A stretch of 64,000 nucleotides of DNA, taken from contig JBLDXI010000032.1 in assembly GCA_047495785.1 (NCBI GenBank), positions 496,001-560,000 of the forward strand, written 5' to 3'. This DNA is from Lepidodermella squamata (taxonomy: Eukaryota; Animalia; Gastrotricha). The notes beneath the pieces were generated by a model. It worked only from the letters and a program-made list of their open reading frames with translations, had not been told where the DNA came from and searched no databases. Position numbers and translations under genes: made by a program. Positions 1-11,588 of the stretch are shown here, piece after piece (the stretch's first letter is position 1; every line of letters begins with the position of its first letter).

Positions 1-2032
1 TGGGCCGCTAAGCCAGCCATCCCCTCCGGGTAGCTGTAAAGCAACTCAACAATCTTCATATGACCACCCTTAGCCGCCTCGATTATCATCGTCGAACCGT
101 CCTTCAGCTTGAAAGTCGGGTCAGCTCCATGGCTCAAAAGAGTCTTCACCACCTCGTAATGACCGCCATAACATGCGATTGAAAGGACGTTATGTTCACC
201 GTTAGATGTAGTCCGGTTCACGGAAGCCCCCTTAGCAATCAACATACGCACGGTTTGCACATGTCCCGCTCGAGCAGCCTTCATCAACGGAGTCCGGCCG
301 CCCTCGGATTCGTGCTCGATCTCAGCACCATGCGCCAATAATAACTCCGCAACGCTAGTATGGCCATTCTCGCACGCCATCGTGAAAGCCGTGTCGTTGT
401 TCACCGACTTGGCGTTGACATTTGCCTTCATTTTCAGTAGATACCTCACGATTTCTTCATGACCCTCTTGACTCGCTTCCATTAGCGGGGTCGACGGGCC
501 TAGTTCGATATTAGCGCCGGCTTCAATCAACGTTTCAACAACGTCGAGATAACCGGAGCCACATGCGAGTGTTAAGGCGGTTTCTTGCGTCTCCTCAGCT
601 TGCGCGTTGACATTCGCGCCATGCTCCAGTAACAGCTTCACCATATCGACATGGCCCTCTCGAGCCGCTTCCATCAAAGGCATGTAACCTTCGTCGTTAG
701 CTTCGTCGACATTTGCGTTGCGCTCGAGGAGCAGTTTGGCTAGTTCGATGTGGGCACCACAGGCAGCGAGGGTTAAAGGCGATTCGAAGCTATCAGGCGG
801 CATGTTGACTTGCGCACCTCGATCGATTAGAAGCCGCGCCACGTCGGTGTGGCCGTCCATGGAAGCTTCCATCAGAGCCGTATGCAATTCTTCGGCTCGA
901 TGCTCAGGGTCGGCACCGCCAACGTCTAAAAGATACCGCACAACTTCGATGTGGCCTTTGTAGGCCGCGAGGGTGAGGGCACTTTCTTTGTAGTCGTCGG
1001 AATGAGCGTTGACGCCCGCTCCGGCTTCCACAAGCGCTCGGCATAGCGATAAATGACCAGCGCCCGCAGCATCCATCAATGGAGTGTGGCCGCTTTCATT
1101 CTGCTTCTCTAAATCGGCACCAGCTTCGATAAGAGCCTTCACAATGCCCTCATGACCCGCTTTAGCCGCTATGTGAAGCGCGGTATCACCATTTAGAGTT
1201 TGAAGATTCGGATTTGCGAGGTGCTGAAGTAGAAGGCGAACGATTTCTTCATGGCCACCACTAGCGGCAGCCATTAGAGGAGTAAGGTCACCTTTGGCTC
1301 CTCGGTCATCCACAGGTTGCCTCATGTCAAGTAATACCTGAAAATGAAAAAATGATGACTGCTTCGATTCAACATTGGTGACTAAACGCTTACATGAACA
1401 AGCTCATAACAACCTGCGGAACTTGCGAGGACGAGGAGAGAGTCGCTTTCTTCATGCGGACCTTGGCACTCAAGAAATGTTCTCAAAGCATTGAGGTCGC
1501 TTTCAGCTGCCTCGGGAAAACAGTTATCATGATTATGCGCTTCGGCATCAGAGGCGAGGGCTGTAGCGTTAGCCTGATCAATCATCTGCTGGAAGCAATT
1601 TAGGAAACTCTCGGCAGGAACACTATCGATGGCTATAAAATAGGTAAACCAATCGCTAGATGTTGAAAGCGATGTAGAATAGTTTGACATACCTTTCATC
1701 GCCAGCATTTCACCTAATCGCGTAGGATTCGGCAGAAGCTGGGGAATGACATAATGAACACTATCCGACGAGTCGCCCCTTTCGCTGTTTGTCTAAAAAC
1801 GAAAAAAAATATGATTGAGCACCTTAAAAGCGCCAAGATTCATGAATCTTACACCAACAGCAGCACAATCTGAAAAATTCGAGTCAGCAGGGCGCTTGCG
1901 ACTATCGCGAGAAACGGATTTAGGCTGCAGTGTGCCTTCACTATTACGAAAAACTTTAACACGTTTAGCCAATGCTTTCTTTCCGGCTTCTTCGGCTGCA
2001 GTTTTTGAATCAGCCCCAGAAGCTACCTTCAT
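1..2032 (-). CDS. ANKHD1: Multiple ankyrin repeat protein, ANKHD1/ANKRD17/MASK family (5' part; continues beyond window start)
   Basis: Minus-strand translation of 1-1337 gives tandem ankyrin repeats matching the MASK N-terminal block (TALMEASMDGHTDVARLL, VNMPPDSFESPLTLAACG, EETQETALTLAC, HESEGGRTPLMKAARAGH, LKDGSTMIIEAAKGGH). GT-AG intron at 1338-1393. Further exons run up to a candidate ATG at 2032 (start uncertain). Confidence 0.9.
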
Positions 2033-2763
2033 TATAACACCCTAAACATGAAGAATGAATAAGTAATTGTACAGCGAGTGCGAAACAAAGCATGAAGCAT
2101 GTCTCTTGAAAATAAAAAATGTATAGTAGAATTGAAGAGAAATCTTAAATCAAGGCTGCCATAATGCATGTTACGGTGAGGAGTAACAGAGACGACCAAG
2201 TCACAAATTCGTATGTGGGGTTCCGGCATGCACCTGACAGGTATGTATTTCCGCACTTGTGCCAAAAAAACTGACATGAAACAGGTAAATTTGGCTTGGT
2301 TGCCAGGCATGTTACACTTGCGCACGCAAAGCATGGAAGGTACCGGTAAACGTAGGCCTGTAGTCCACTCAGCCGTGTTTGCATCAGCCGCGTCGTTTTT
2401 TCGAGATCATGGTGGACTAGGAACGAGCTGAGAGCCAGCATCAGCCTTTACCATTCAGTTCACCTTCACCTAAAAATAAAATTAATCACTCAAAAATATA
2501 TATTTGCTAAAAAGTAATAATTTATACAGTCTTGATTTACCGATTTGAATTCACGCGGGAAATGAAAATAGTTAGCCTAAAATCTGTATGCCAAAAATGG
2601 CCCGAAAATAAACCCTGGTAAATCGAGGACATAGATTAGGAAGCAACTTTTATCTACGCTCAAAGCTTCCGACCAACGTCTAATTATCTCAATTGAGTTG
2701 TGAATCAGCTTAGGATTGTTCTATCGAATTCTAAAATGACTCTAGTGCGAGATGAGAGTGTCA

Positions 2764-2960
2764 CTACCTATTGGGGAAATGTTGCCCCAGTTGGGTTCGA
2801 AGGTAATTTTTAATCAATTTCAGACGAGAAAAACGGCGCTCGTTTTCGGCAGTAGTTACCGGTAATGTAAGAAATAGTCTGCACGCCTTGAGGAGGGACG
2901 GAAAACTATCTGTCAAGCAGTACTTCAGAATTGTAGAACTTATTTTATGCACCCCTAGAA
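2764..2960 (-). mobile_element. hAT transposase remnant (C-terminal dimerisation domain only)
   Basis: SFPSLLKACRLFLTLPVTTAENERRFSRLKLIKNYLRTQLGQ matches the hAT dimerisation motif (FP.L...LTLPVT.A..ER.FS.LK.IK..LR). No long ORF or TIRs seen. Confidence 0.85.
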
Positions 2961-3896
2961 CCTCGGGAAATCGGCGGAAAAAACGCATCAGTTTCTTCGT
3001 ACACTAGGAGTCCTAGTGTATAAGGGTCAGCCAAGAGTTGGCGACAACAGTTGGTACGGAGACCTCAAGTTTAGATTACACAGCTGGGGCTAAAATTTCA
3101 ACCGCGTCGGCTGTTAATTCGCCCTCATCATAACCGATGACTTGAGCCATTGGTAGGTAGAGGTAGAGCAGAAAAGCACCTAACGAGACAATTCTGCACA
3201 AGTAAGAGCGTTTGCGGGTTTCATGGGTAGCCAGCTGCTGGATTTCAGCCGCAAAATGGCTGTGCTGAATTCATTCATTGCATTTAAATGGTGTTAAGAA
3301 ATGGAATAATATTTCAGCGTGCCGCTACTCGCCTTATTGAATGATGACGCTACTTGGGTCTTCAGGAATTGTTTTAAAGTCTCAACGAACCGTTCCGCCT
3401 CGTCATTCGCCCTGAGACTGTAATGGGCGATCGGGCTGTGCTTGATGCCTTCCCTTTCACAGTAATAGCCGAATTATTCCGACGCAAAAGGCGTTCCGAC
3501 AACGGATCCCTGTTGCCGTGCGTTGCGCAGGTCGTTTCGCTGAACGACGGTCTACTTTCCTGAGAGTCAGCAGCATAGTAGACTTTTTGAAGGCGAGCTT
3601 GTTGTCGATAGTGAATCCAAGGGTGAAATTTCATTTGAAGGTTGAACAACTATGTCTTCGGTGGTTGCAAAGTTTAAACTGATATTTCTTCTTATTTACC
3701 AAGGAATTGTTTGATAGCCAGGTATGCGTTGTTATGATGCTTCTAGCTTAGACGGATAATTCAATGATTCTAGGTTTCGAAGCCATTGGTCGTGAGGTTT
3801 CATCCCGTTGTATTCCTGTTTGCATCAATTTGTAGCTTTCATTTTCTACATTTTAGTAATATTTTAATTTACCAACTTTACCGAAGTTTGTACAAT

Positions 3897-5370
3897 ATGG
3901 CGAGTGAAAAACTGCCATGTCTTTACAAAGCCCTTCCAGTCCCAAAAGACTTAATTCAGCAAAAGCTACGCGAAGAAGCTCGCGGTCACTTTCTACACCG
4001 ACAGGCAAAGGAAACCTTGACTGAGGAAGAACTTCGCAACTTATGGTTTGTCCTGGAAGAGATGTCAACGCCACCTCCGGCGCTCAATGGCGAGCAGATG
4101 ATCGATTACAACAGCTTCATGAAAATTCAACCACGCCTGAGCGATAAATTCAAGTAAAACAAAGATAATTTATCAACTTCAGCATAAAATTTGCATCTCG
4201 TTGCAGGCCTTTTACAACTCCTTTGGTATACATGAAGCTCATCCACAAGCGAGACCCTGCGGGACGTGTGTGTATCACTGATTTTTTCAATTATGTAAGT
4301 TCTGTTATTGAATACTTGGATATCTTATAATTCTTGGACAGGTTATGCGCAAGAATTGGGTCGTTCAAACGAGGATGGGACTATCGCTTTACGATTTGAA
4401 TGGTCAGGGTTACCTGAGAGAACCGGTAAGCTCGAAATATACAAACACCTTTGATTTTGATTGATATTTTCAAAGGAGATGCAAAGCTACATTATCGACC
4501 TGATTCCAACCATTCCTCAACTGAGCCAAATGGACTCAGACTTCGAGTCATACTACGTGTGTCTAGCTGTTCGAAAATTCTTCTTTTTCCTTGATACGAA
4601 ACGGGCGAAAAGAGTCCGCATCGTTGACGTGATAGGGTCAGGATTTCTTGACGATTTGTTGGAGGTAAATCACAATCGGTCTCATTTGATCTAAAATTAT
4701 TCAATTTATCATTTTTATTCAGCTTCGAAGTGACGATTTGAGCCCAGAACAAATCGAATCAAATTGGTTTTCGCTGGAAAATGCCCTTCAAATAAACGAT
4801 ACTTTCGTGAAATTAGACCGTGATGGCAACGGATTGCTTTCGAAAAGTGAATTATCGATGTATAACGGCGGAACGCTCACGCCCAGCTTCATAAATCGCG
4901 TTTTCGAGGAGTGTCGCACGTATAACGGCGAAATGGACTTCAAAGCATTTGTTGATTTCGTGCTTGCCCTCGAAAACCGAAAAGAACGCCAATCCCTAGC
5001 GTATTTATTCCGAGTTATGGACGTCGACCACGTCGGATATTTAAGCAAATTTACCCTGTGGTACTTTTTCAAGGACATTCAAGAAAAACTGGGCAAAACC
5101 AGCGGCATGGCCGTAGCGTTTGAAGACGTTGTCCATGAAATTTTCGACATTGTCCGACCTTCGAATCGTGATTATATCACTCTAAATGATCTCATCAGAT
5201 GCAGCCAGGGTGATGTTGTGCTTTCAATTGTTATTGACCTTGAAGGCTTTTGGCGGTATGAAAATCGCGAATTGATGCTTGCTCAAGCTGTTGAAGCCGC
5301 TGCTGCAGCGGCTGCTATGCAACAGTCATCGATGTCTTCGACACCAGCTCAATCTTCGTCCAGATTTTGA
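3897..5370 (+). CDS. PPP2R3C: PP2A regulatory subunit B'' gamma (EF-hand), multi-exon
   Basis: QKLREEARGHFL, VRKFFFFLD, NWFS, EF-hands LDRDGNGLLSKSEL and MDVDHVGYLS, ECRTYNGEMDF, GFWRYENRE. Four short GT-AG introns; TGA at 5368-5370. Confidence 0.93.
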
Positions 5371-5692
5371 TGACAAAAAAACAAGCCTTACCCTCAAAAA
5401 TTGTGATCTGCACCGAGTTTTACTGATTCATTTGTTACTTACCCGTCAAATAAACAATGTTTTAAATGAAAAATAACTTTGTTGGTTTTTTGATGACAAT
5501 TCTGAGGGCGCATGAGTCATGTGGTAGGAGTATTACTACGGCAAAAAATGCGAACCGAGTGTCCACGAAAACACGCAGGCGGTGTGGCAGGCTATTAAGA
5601 ACGGAGCGCGCTTGGCATGGCACCAAAAGTGAGCCTATAAAACCTCCCCCGATTGCGGACAGGGTCAAATTATTCAAATTTTCTCACTAAAT

Positions 5693-6415
5693 ATGCAAGT
5701 TTTACAAGAAGCAAAACAGAGCAAGGGCTCTGAGAGTTTTCAGCTCACCCTACACACCACTACTCACAATCCTATTCGGATGGAGTTGATTCGGTATATT
5801 TTACAATACTCCAAGGCTGAGTATCGCGAGAAGACCTATACGCAAAAAGAATGGCTCGCCGCACGGGAGAACATGCCAAGTGGCAAGATGCCAGTTCTCG
5901 AAATCAAGCAGCAGAATGGAGCTAAGCGGTTAATGACTCAAAGTTTGGCGATTGCGAGACATCTCGCGACTCAGTTTGGTCTAAACGGTTCGAATTGGCT
6001 GGAATCAGCGGCGTGTGACGAGGTGGTCGACAGTTTGAACGAGCTCATCAACATGTATATGCTGTACTACCTGGAACCTGACCCAGATCGCAAGGAAAAA
6101 TTACATCGCTGGCTCGTCAACGAAGAATGCCCTCGAATTCTTGGATACCTCGAGCGAAAGCTGAAAGAAAACGGCGGGCAAAATATGGTGGGATCAACTG
6201 TAAGATATTAAAAAAAAAGAAATTCCTCCCTAAAGAAATTGTTTCTTTAACAGTGGACTTGGGCTGATTTTGCAGTCACCACGTTTATTGTTCATCTCAG
6301 GAAAGAAGCTGCTCTGGCGAAAATCGAGAAGCATTACCCTGAACTGGCCAATCTGACAAGAGCAGTGGAAAAACTACCTGATATCGAAAACTATTTGGCG
6401 AAAAATGCAAATTAA
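5693..6415 (+). CDS. Glutathione S-transferase, sigma-class-like (GST-1; catalytic Tyr absent)
   Basis: MPSGKMPVLEI, TQSLAIARHLA, CDEVVD, WTWADF. One intron 6200-6253; TAA 6413-6415. Confidence 0.9.
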
Positions 6416-7390
6416 TTTATCTCAAAACTACAATTTTCTTCAATTTTTAACAATTATATTTTGAAATAAATAATGAGACTTGTATCCTTGTTAGCAGCAG
6501 GGTTTTAGGGGGTAATAATAAAAAACGCAGTCATTAATTATCGTCTCATAAGCACCCTCTCACCACGCACGTATTCTGGTCACGCGTCCGTAAAGGCGCC
6601 GCTTTTTCATTATGAACACCAGTGCTGCGCTGATATATATGAGAGGCGGCCGTCACAAACACGCGCCGCTCTCTAATCTACTTCACTGGCTGGTGCTGTC
6701 ATTCATAAAAAATGGCTGACGCATCTGGTTAAGCCATTTTTTCAAGTCACCCAGTTATAAGTTGAAGAGTAAAGGCGGAAGCGGGCTCAATAATTCGGTA
6801 TTTTATCCAAGAAATTACCTCAATAACCGAAGATGATGAACAGCATCACGCCCAAATAAGGTAAACAATTTTAATATTTTTTTTAAATTTTTAATGCCAA
6901 TTCTATTATTTTTAGTTAGCCGAGTCACGAGCAACGGAATGTAAAAACAATTTGCAAGTCACGAATCAAGCTGGCTGGGATACCTGTGCAATAAAAAAAA
7001 TGGCGCATTTTTCCGATACCGAAATTAACTTCGGCGTTCGTAAATTATGACGTTGTTGTGTAAATAAATTCATTCAGTTGTTTTTTTGCATCTCACCGTG
7101 ACTTTTGAACCCTAGGCAAATTAAGAATGCGGATTAGCCGCGCATATCACCGGAATATTAGCATTATTTCCAGTTCTAACGATAATATTATTAGCCAAGT
7201 TATTGCTACATGTAGGGTGACACACCGCCGGCTATAGATATAACAAGCTTGTTTGCTCAATATAATCCCGAAACATCGCAATATGTGAGGAAATTAGCTC
7301 TATACGCCTCCTTATCTGTGAGACCGGTCGTTATAAAACGCAGCGAGAATAGTCGTTGAGACCACTTACAATCTTCGCAACACTTGAGAT

Positions 7391-8142
7391 ATGGCTGAAG
7401 CTAAAGTTAAACTTCACTACTTCAACTCTCGGTAGGTTCAATAAACAACGTCTAGTTTTCTCGGGAATTAAGGTTGTTATTATCATTTTAGCGGCCGAGC
7501 CGAGTTGATCCGGTACATTTTTCACTACGCCGGCCAACCATTTGAGGACGTCCGCTACACTAAGGAGGAGTGGCCAAGCCACAAAGCCAGTGAGTCCGGG
7601 AAAAATATACCTAAAATGGATTTCAAAATTATTTTTTACTAGATTTCCCAACTGGCCAGCTGCCAGTTCTTGAGATTGAAAAGGATGGCAAGACCCATTT
7701 CCTGTCTCAGAGCCTGACTATCGCCCGTTCGGCGGCCCGCAAGCACGGCCTAACCGGCGCTGACGAGGCAGAAGCTGCCCGATGTGACGAGGTTGCTGAT
7801 TGCCTCCACGAACTGACCAACCTGGCCCTATTGGCTCGGTTCGAACCTGACCCAGAGCGTCAGGAAAAGATCAAGGCCCGCCTTCGCGCTGAGGAGTACC
7901 CGCGCTTATTAGGCTACCTTGAAAAAAAGGTCCGCGAAAACGGCGGTAAACACATTGTTGGCAACAACTGGACGTGGGCTGATTTCGGCATTTCGCTGTT
8001 TGTCAACGCCCTGTTGAAGCTTACTGATGGCAACGCTGGCATTGCCGAGAAGCTGCCGGGTCTTGTTGCCCTGGCTAAGAGCGTTGAGGAGATTCCGCAA
8101 ATCGCCGAGTGGATCAAAAAGCGCCCCGATACGCCGATGTAA
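7391..8142 (+). CDS. Glutathione S-transferase, sigma-class-like (GST-2)
   Basis: [51 protein letters not shown]. Two short introns. Confidence 0.93.
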
Positions 8143-8542
8143 CATACCGCACTTGATTTATGCGCAAAAAAGCTGCCACCTTAATGCTTCCGAGAGAAAT
8201 AAACGCTATTTTGAGTGCATTTTGTTCGCTGTCCTTCAACCGGTATCAAATTACTTATCGTAAGAAATCGTAAGATTATAGGCTTTTTTAGTACCATTTT
8301 CAGTACAAATGCAGATAAAATTATACACTATGCCTACGTGTTACAGCAGCGATAAGGATATTCGGACGTGTTGTGATAAAAAGTGTCGAATCACCGCGGC
8401 AGGTCACGAGTAAACAAAAGTCACTCTTGACTCTTGACACGCCATGAAATCTATTTTACATTTCGCAACATCATAATAATTAGGTCGCGGTTACGGGCAA
8501 ATTGTATCTAGACCCCTAAATTACAGAGTATTTCTCATTATT

Positions 8543-9627
8543 ATGAGTGAAAGCAGCCATAGCAATGATGCCGACGAATCCGCCAGCGAAGCAACAAGTA
8601 AACGAAAATCCGAAGAAACTTGTCATTGTCAAAGTAAGGAAACATTTTTTTCGAATGATTGCTCAACGATTGCTCAACGTCTTACAGACAAAAACCACAA
8701 CGAAAACCGTGGTGAAAACGAGCTTGATAACGCTAAGCTGAAGCTTCATTACTTCAACACCAGAGGTTAGATTTTTTCCAGCTATATGTAACGCCATCAA
8801 CATCTTTATCAAGTAGGGCGTGCCGAGCTAATCCGGTACATTTTGAACTTCGCGAAGAAACCTTTCGAAGATGTCCGCTATTCTAACGTAATTTGCGTCA
8901 ATTTGTGAAATTCAACGTTTTTTTTAATAAATTTTAATTTAGGACAAGTGGCCCGAAGTTCGAAATAGTAAAATTTTACCGAAGCCATATTTCAGTTAAT
9001 TAATCAATCAAAATTCGATAGAATTTCCAGCTAAACAAGTTCCAGCTCTTGAAATCGAAATGGCAGATGGCAAACGAGTATTCCTAACCCAAAGCCTTAC
9101 GATATCCAGATATTTGGCCCAACAGCTAGGTGAGCTCATGAATTTCAATTTTAGGGCTGAATTCAGGTTAAAAAATGAATAGATTTATGCGGAAATAGCG
9201 CTCTTCAAAAAGCTCAATGCGAAGAAGTAGTCGATTGCCTGAACGATTTGGTGAACTTGGTAGTCCTAGCCTTTCTAGAGCAAGACCCGCATCGCAAGGT
9301 TAGTTGACATTAAATTTTCGCAATTTTTTTCTCACCAGAAAAATATTCTAGGAAATAATGAAAAACCGGCTCATGAGCGAAGAATATCCACGAATTTTCG
9401 GCTATTTGGAGGAAAAATTGATTTTAAATGGCGGAAAGCACATTGTTGGGGATCGGTGGACCTTCGCCGATTTAGCAATCGGAAGTTTTCTAGGAAGCCT
9501 TAGATCCCGCGGCGCAGATACCGACCGAATTCAGCAGCGATTTCCGGAGCTCTGCAAACTGTGGAAATCAGTCGAAGCGCAGCCTGAAATCAAAGCCTGG
9601 ATTGAAAAATGTCCTGACGCGGATTAG
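8543..9627 (+). CDS. Glutathione S-transferase, sigma-class-like, with N-terminal extension (GST-3)
   Basis: KLKLHYFNTRG/RAELIRYIL, PAKQVPALEI, TQSLTISRYLA, WTFADLAI. Five short introns. Confidence 0.9.
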
Positions 9628-9892
9628 AAGGACTTCAGTCCTGAATTAGTTTGATTTTAATTCGCAGAATCTCAGGTCGAATTTATCATCGTATCTAAAT
9701 AAGTTTATCGGACCTGAGAGATTAGGCTTGCTCTTGTGACTTCGACATTTTTTTCCCCCATGATTTTTTCAACGAAGAAGCCATTTATTAAAAAATAAAT
9801 CAGTCACGTTTCAATTACCGACGAATACCTAGAAGTTGACCGTCTGATTATATCAAGGATCGAACCAAGTTATTTTCTCAAATTTTATAGCT

Positions 9893-10075
9893 ATGGAATC
9901 GTCTAAATCTCGCGATTGTGCCGAAGGTCACTGCCCGAAATGCAAGGCGAAATATCCGCATGGCGTTACGAAATGCGAAAAGTGCGGAACTGAATGCCCG
10001 AAAACCAAGTCGGCAGCTTGTCCCATCAATAAACCAACAAGCAATGGCGGCGGTTGTCCCTTTGCAAAGCACTAA
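9893..10075 (+). CDS. 60-aa Cys-rich microprotein (CxxC...CxxC zinc-ribbon-like, CP motifs)
   Basis: ATG-to-TAA ORF with 8 Cys (CPKC, CEKCG, CPK, CPI, GGCPF). It is more GC-rich than its AT-rich flanks, with AATAAA about 85 nt downstream. Confidence 0.7.
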   Translation: MESSKSRDCAEGHCPKCKAKYPHGVTKCEKCGTECPKTKSAACPINKPTSNGGGCPFAKH

Positions 10076-10175
10076 ACGTTGGAAAAACGCCCAACAATAT
10101 TTTAACATTTTATTTCTAATATTTTTTTCACATTTTCTAAAGGAAAGCACAGTAATTAAAATAAAATAGGCATTT

Positions 10176-11588
10176 TTATACGTAATTATCTCCCCTGGAC
10201 TTCAGCTCAATATCTTTTTTCAGGTCAACACTCTCCAATTTCGGAGATTCAAAGGGTGAAATTTTAGTGGCCATTTTGACAGGTGACGTCTCAAGATGCG
10301 GGTTCGATTTAATTCTCGATCTTGCGCTGGCATCGATGTAGACTACCACGCCAACAGTGCTGATTGTTAAACCGGTGAAATTCAGCCAGTTGAACACGTA
10401 GTCACCTCCGATGAACATTCCCAAGGCGGTGACTAAAATATTCTGAAAAATTCGGCCGCGTAAAATCCAGGTCATGACGCAAGAGCCTAAAATAACCTAC
10501 CTTAACCACGCCCACTACTGACGTAGTAAGGGCTGAATTAGCCTCTATGCACCAAGCACTAGTTTATAAATACATTTAAACTGATAAAGCTTATCATTTT
10601 GGTATGAGATACCTGGAAAAGAAGATGAGGTAGGCGGAAGGGCATGAAAATAGAAAGAGCAATGTGAAAGACGGATCCTTCCAGGCTGGGTAGGTTGAAA
10701 TCTACGAAAAAATTTACGAATTAATTTTAACTCCATAACAAATTGCTTTTTACCTCTATAATGCTGCTGGAATAGAAGAAAATCACTGTTAGTGGAACGA
10801 TGGCGAGTGCGAAATTGTAAAAGGCTAACGAAATTTTATCAATGTCCTGAAAAATATTCTGAATTACACAAAATTCAGCCGAAAATTGTCTCATTTTTTA
10901 CCATTTTTGAAAGACTTGATTTAAGAAGGACGTTATTAGCAGCAGTCGATAAATTGTTGATCGCAACTAAGGAGTAAGCGATCAAATCGAAATGCAAATC
11001 ACTGTATCCAGCAGTAAGACCGCCGAAGGCAATAAGAAATACTGATAGGCAAACTTTCACAGTTGGCGTAGAGCTGAAAAAATTCAAAAAGTATTTGAGC
11101 TATTTTTATGAATTTTTCCTTACTTGAGAATGAGCTTCTCTAAGATCAGCGTGACAACAATGGCGAGATGTCGTAGAACTACAAACATGGGCAAGCTCAT
11201 GCCTTTTGTCCCACCAAGTCCGAATAGGACATTTATTAGATTTAGAACACAAAGCGGCCATATCTATGGGTCAAATCACAATCAATCAAAAATATCAAAA
11301 TTTTCAATTCGCACCTTTGAGAAAGTTTGTCGAGATAGGGGAGCTATTGTTAATTGCGAGGATGAGTGTAAAAATCCGAGGACGAATACCGCTGAAACCA
11401 TCTGAACCAAGGCAACGAAAGAATACGAGGGAAATCTGGCAAAAATTATAGATAATATTTTAATAAATTGATTGATTACTATATCAGCCTTACGCATAAG
11501 ACGTTAGGATCACTTTGTTAGCTATAGTGACAAAGAAGGAACTGAAGCCATAGAACAGCAGAGGTAGCAAATCCAAATTATTTAGCAT
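10176..11588 (-). CDS. SLC35D-family nucleotide-sugar transporter (frc/sqv-7/SLC35D1-like), multi-exon
   Basis: [91 protein letters not shown]. Start codon tentative. Confidence 0.9.

Noticed and set aside
718-1603. Plus-strand ORFs overlapping the ankyrin gene
   Set aside because: Antisense shadows of the real minus-strand coding exons.
3030-3650. Coding-looking minus-strand stretch including a 91-aa ORF
   Set aside because: No recognisable domain, in-frame stops and no convincing splice model. It may be TE debris or UTR.
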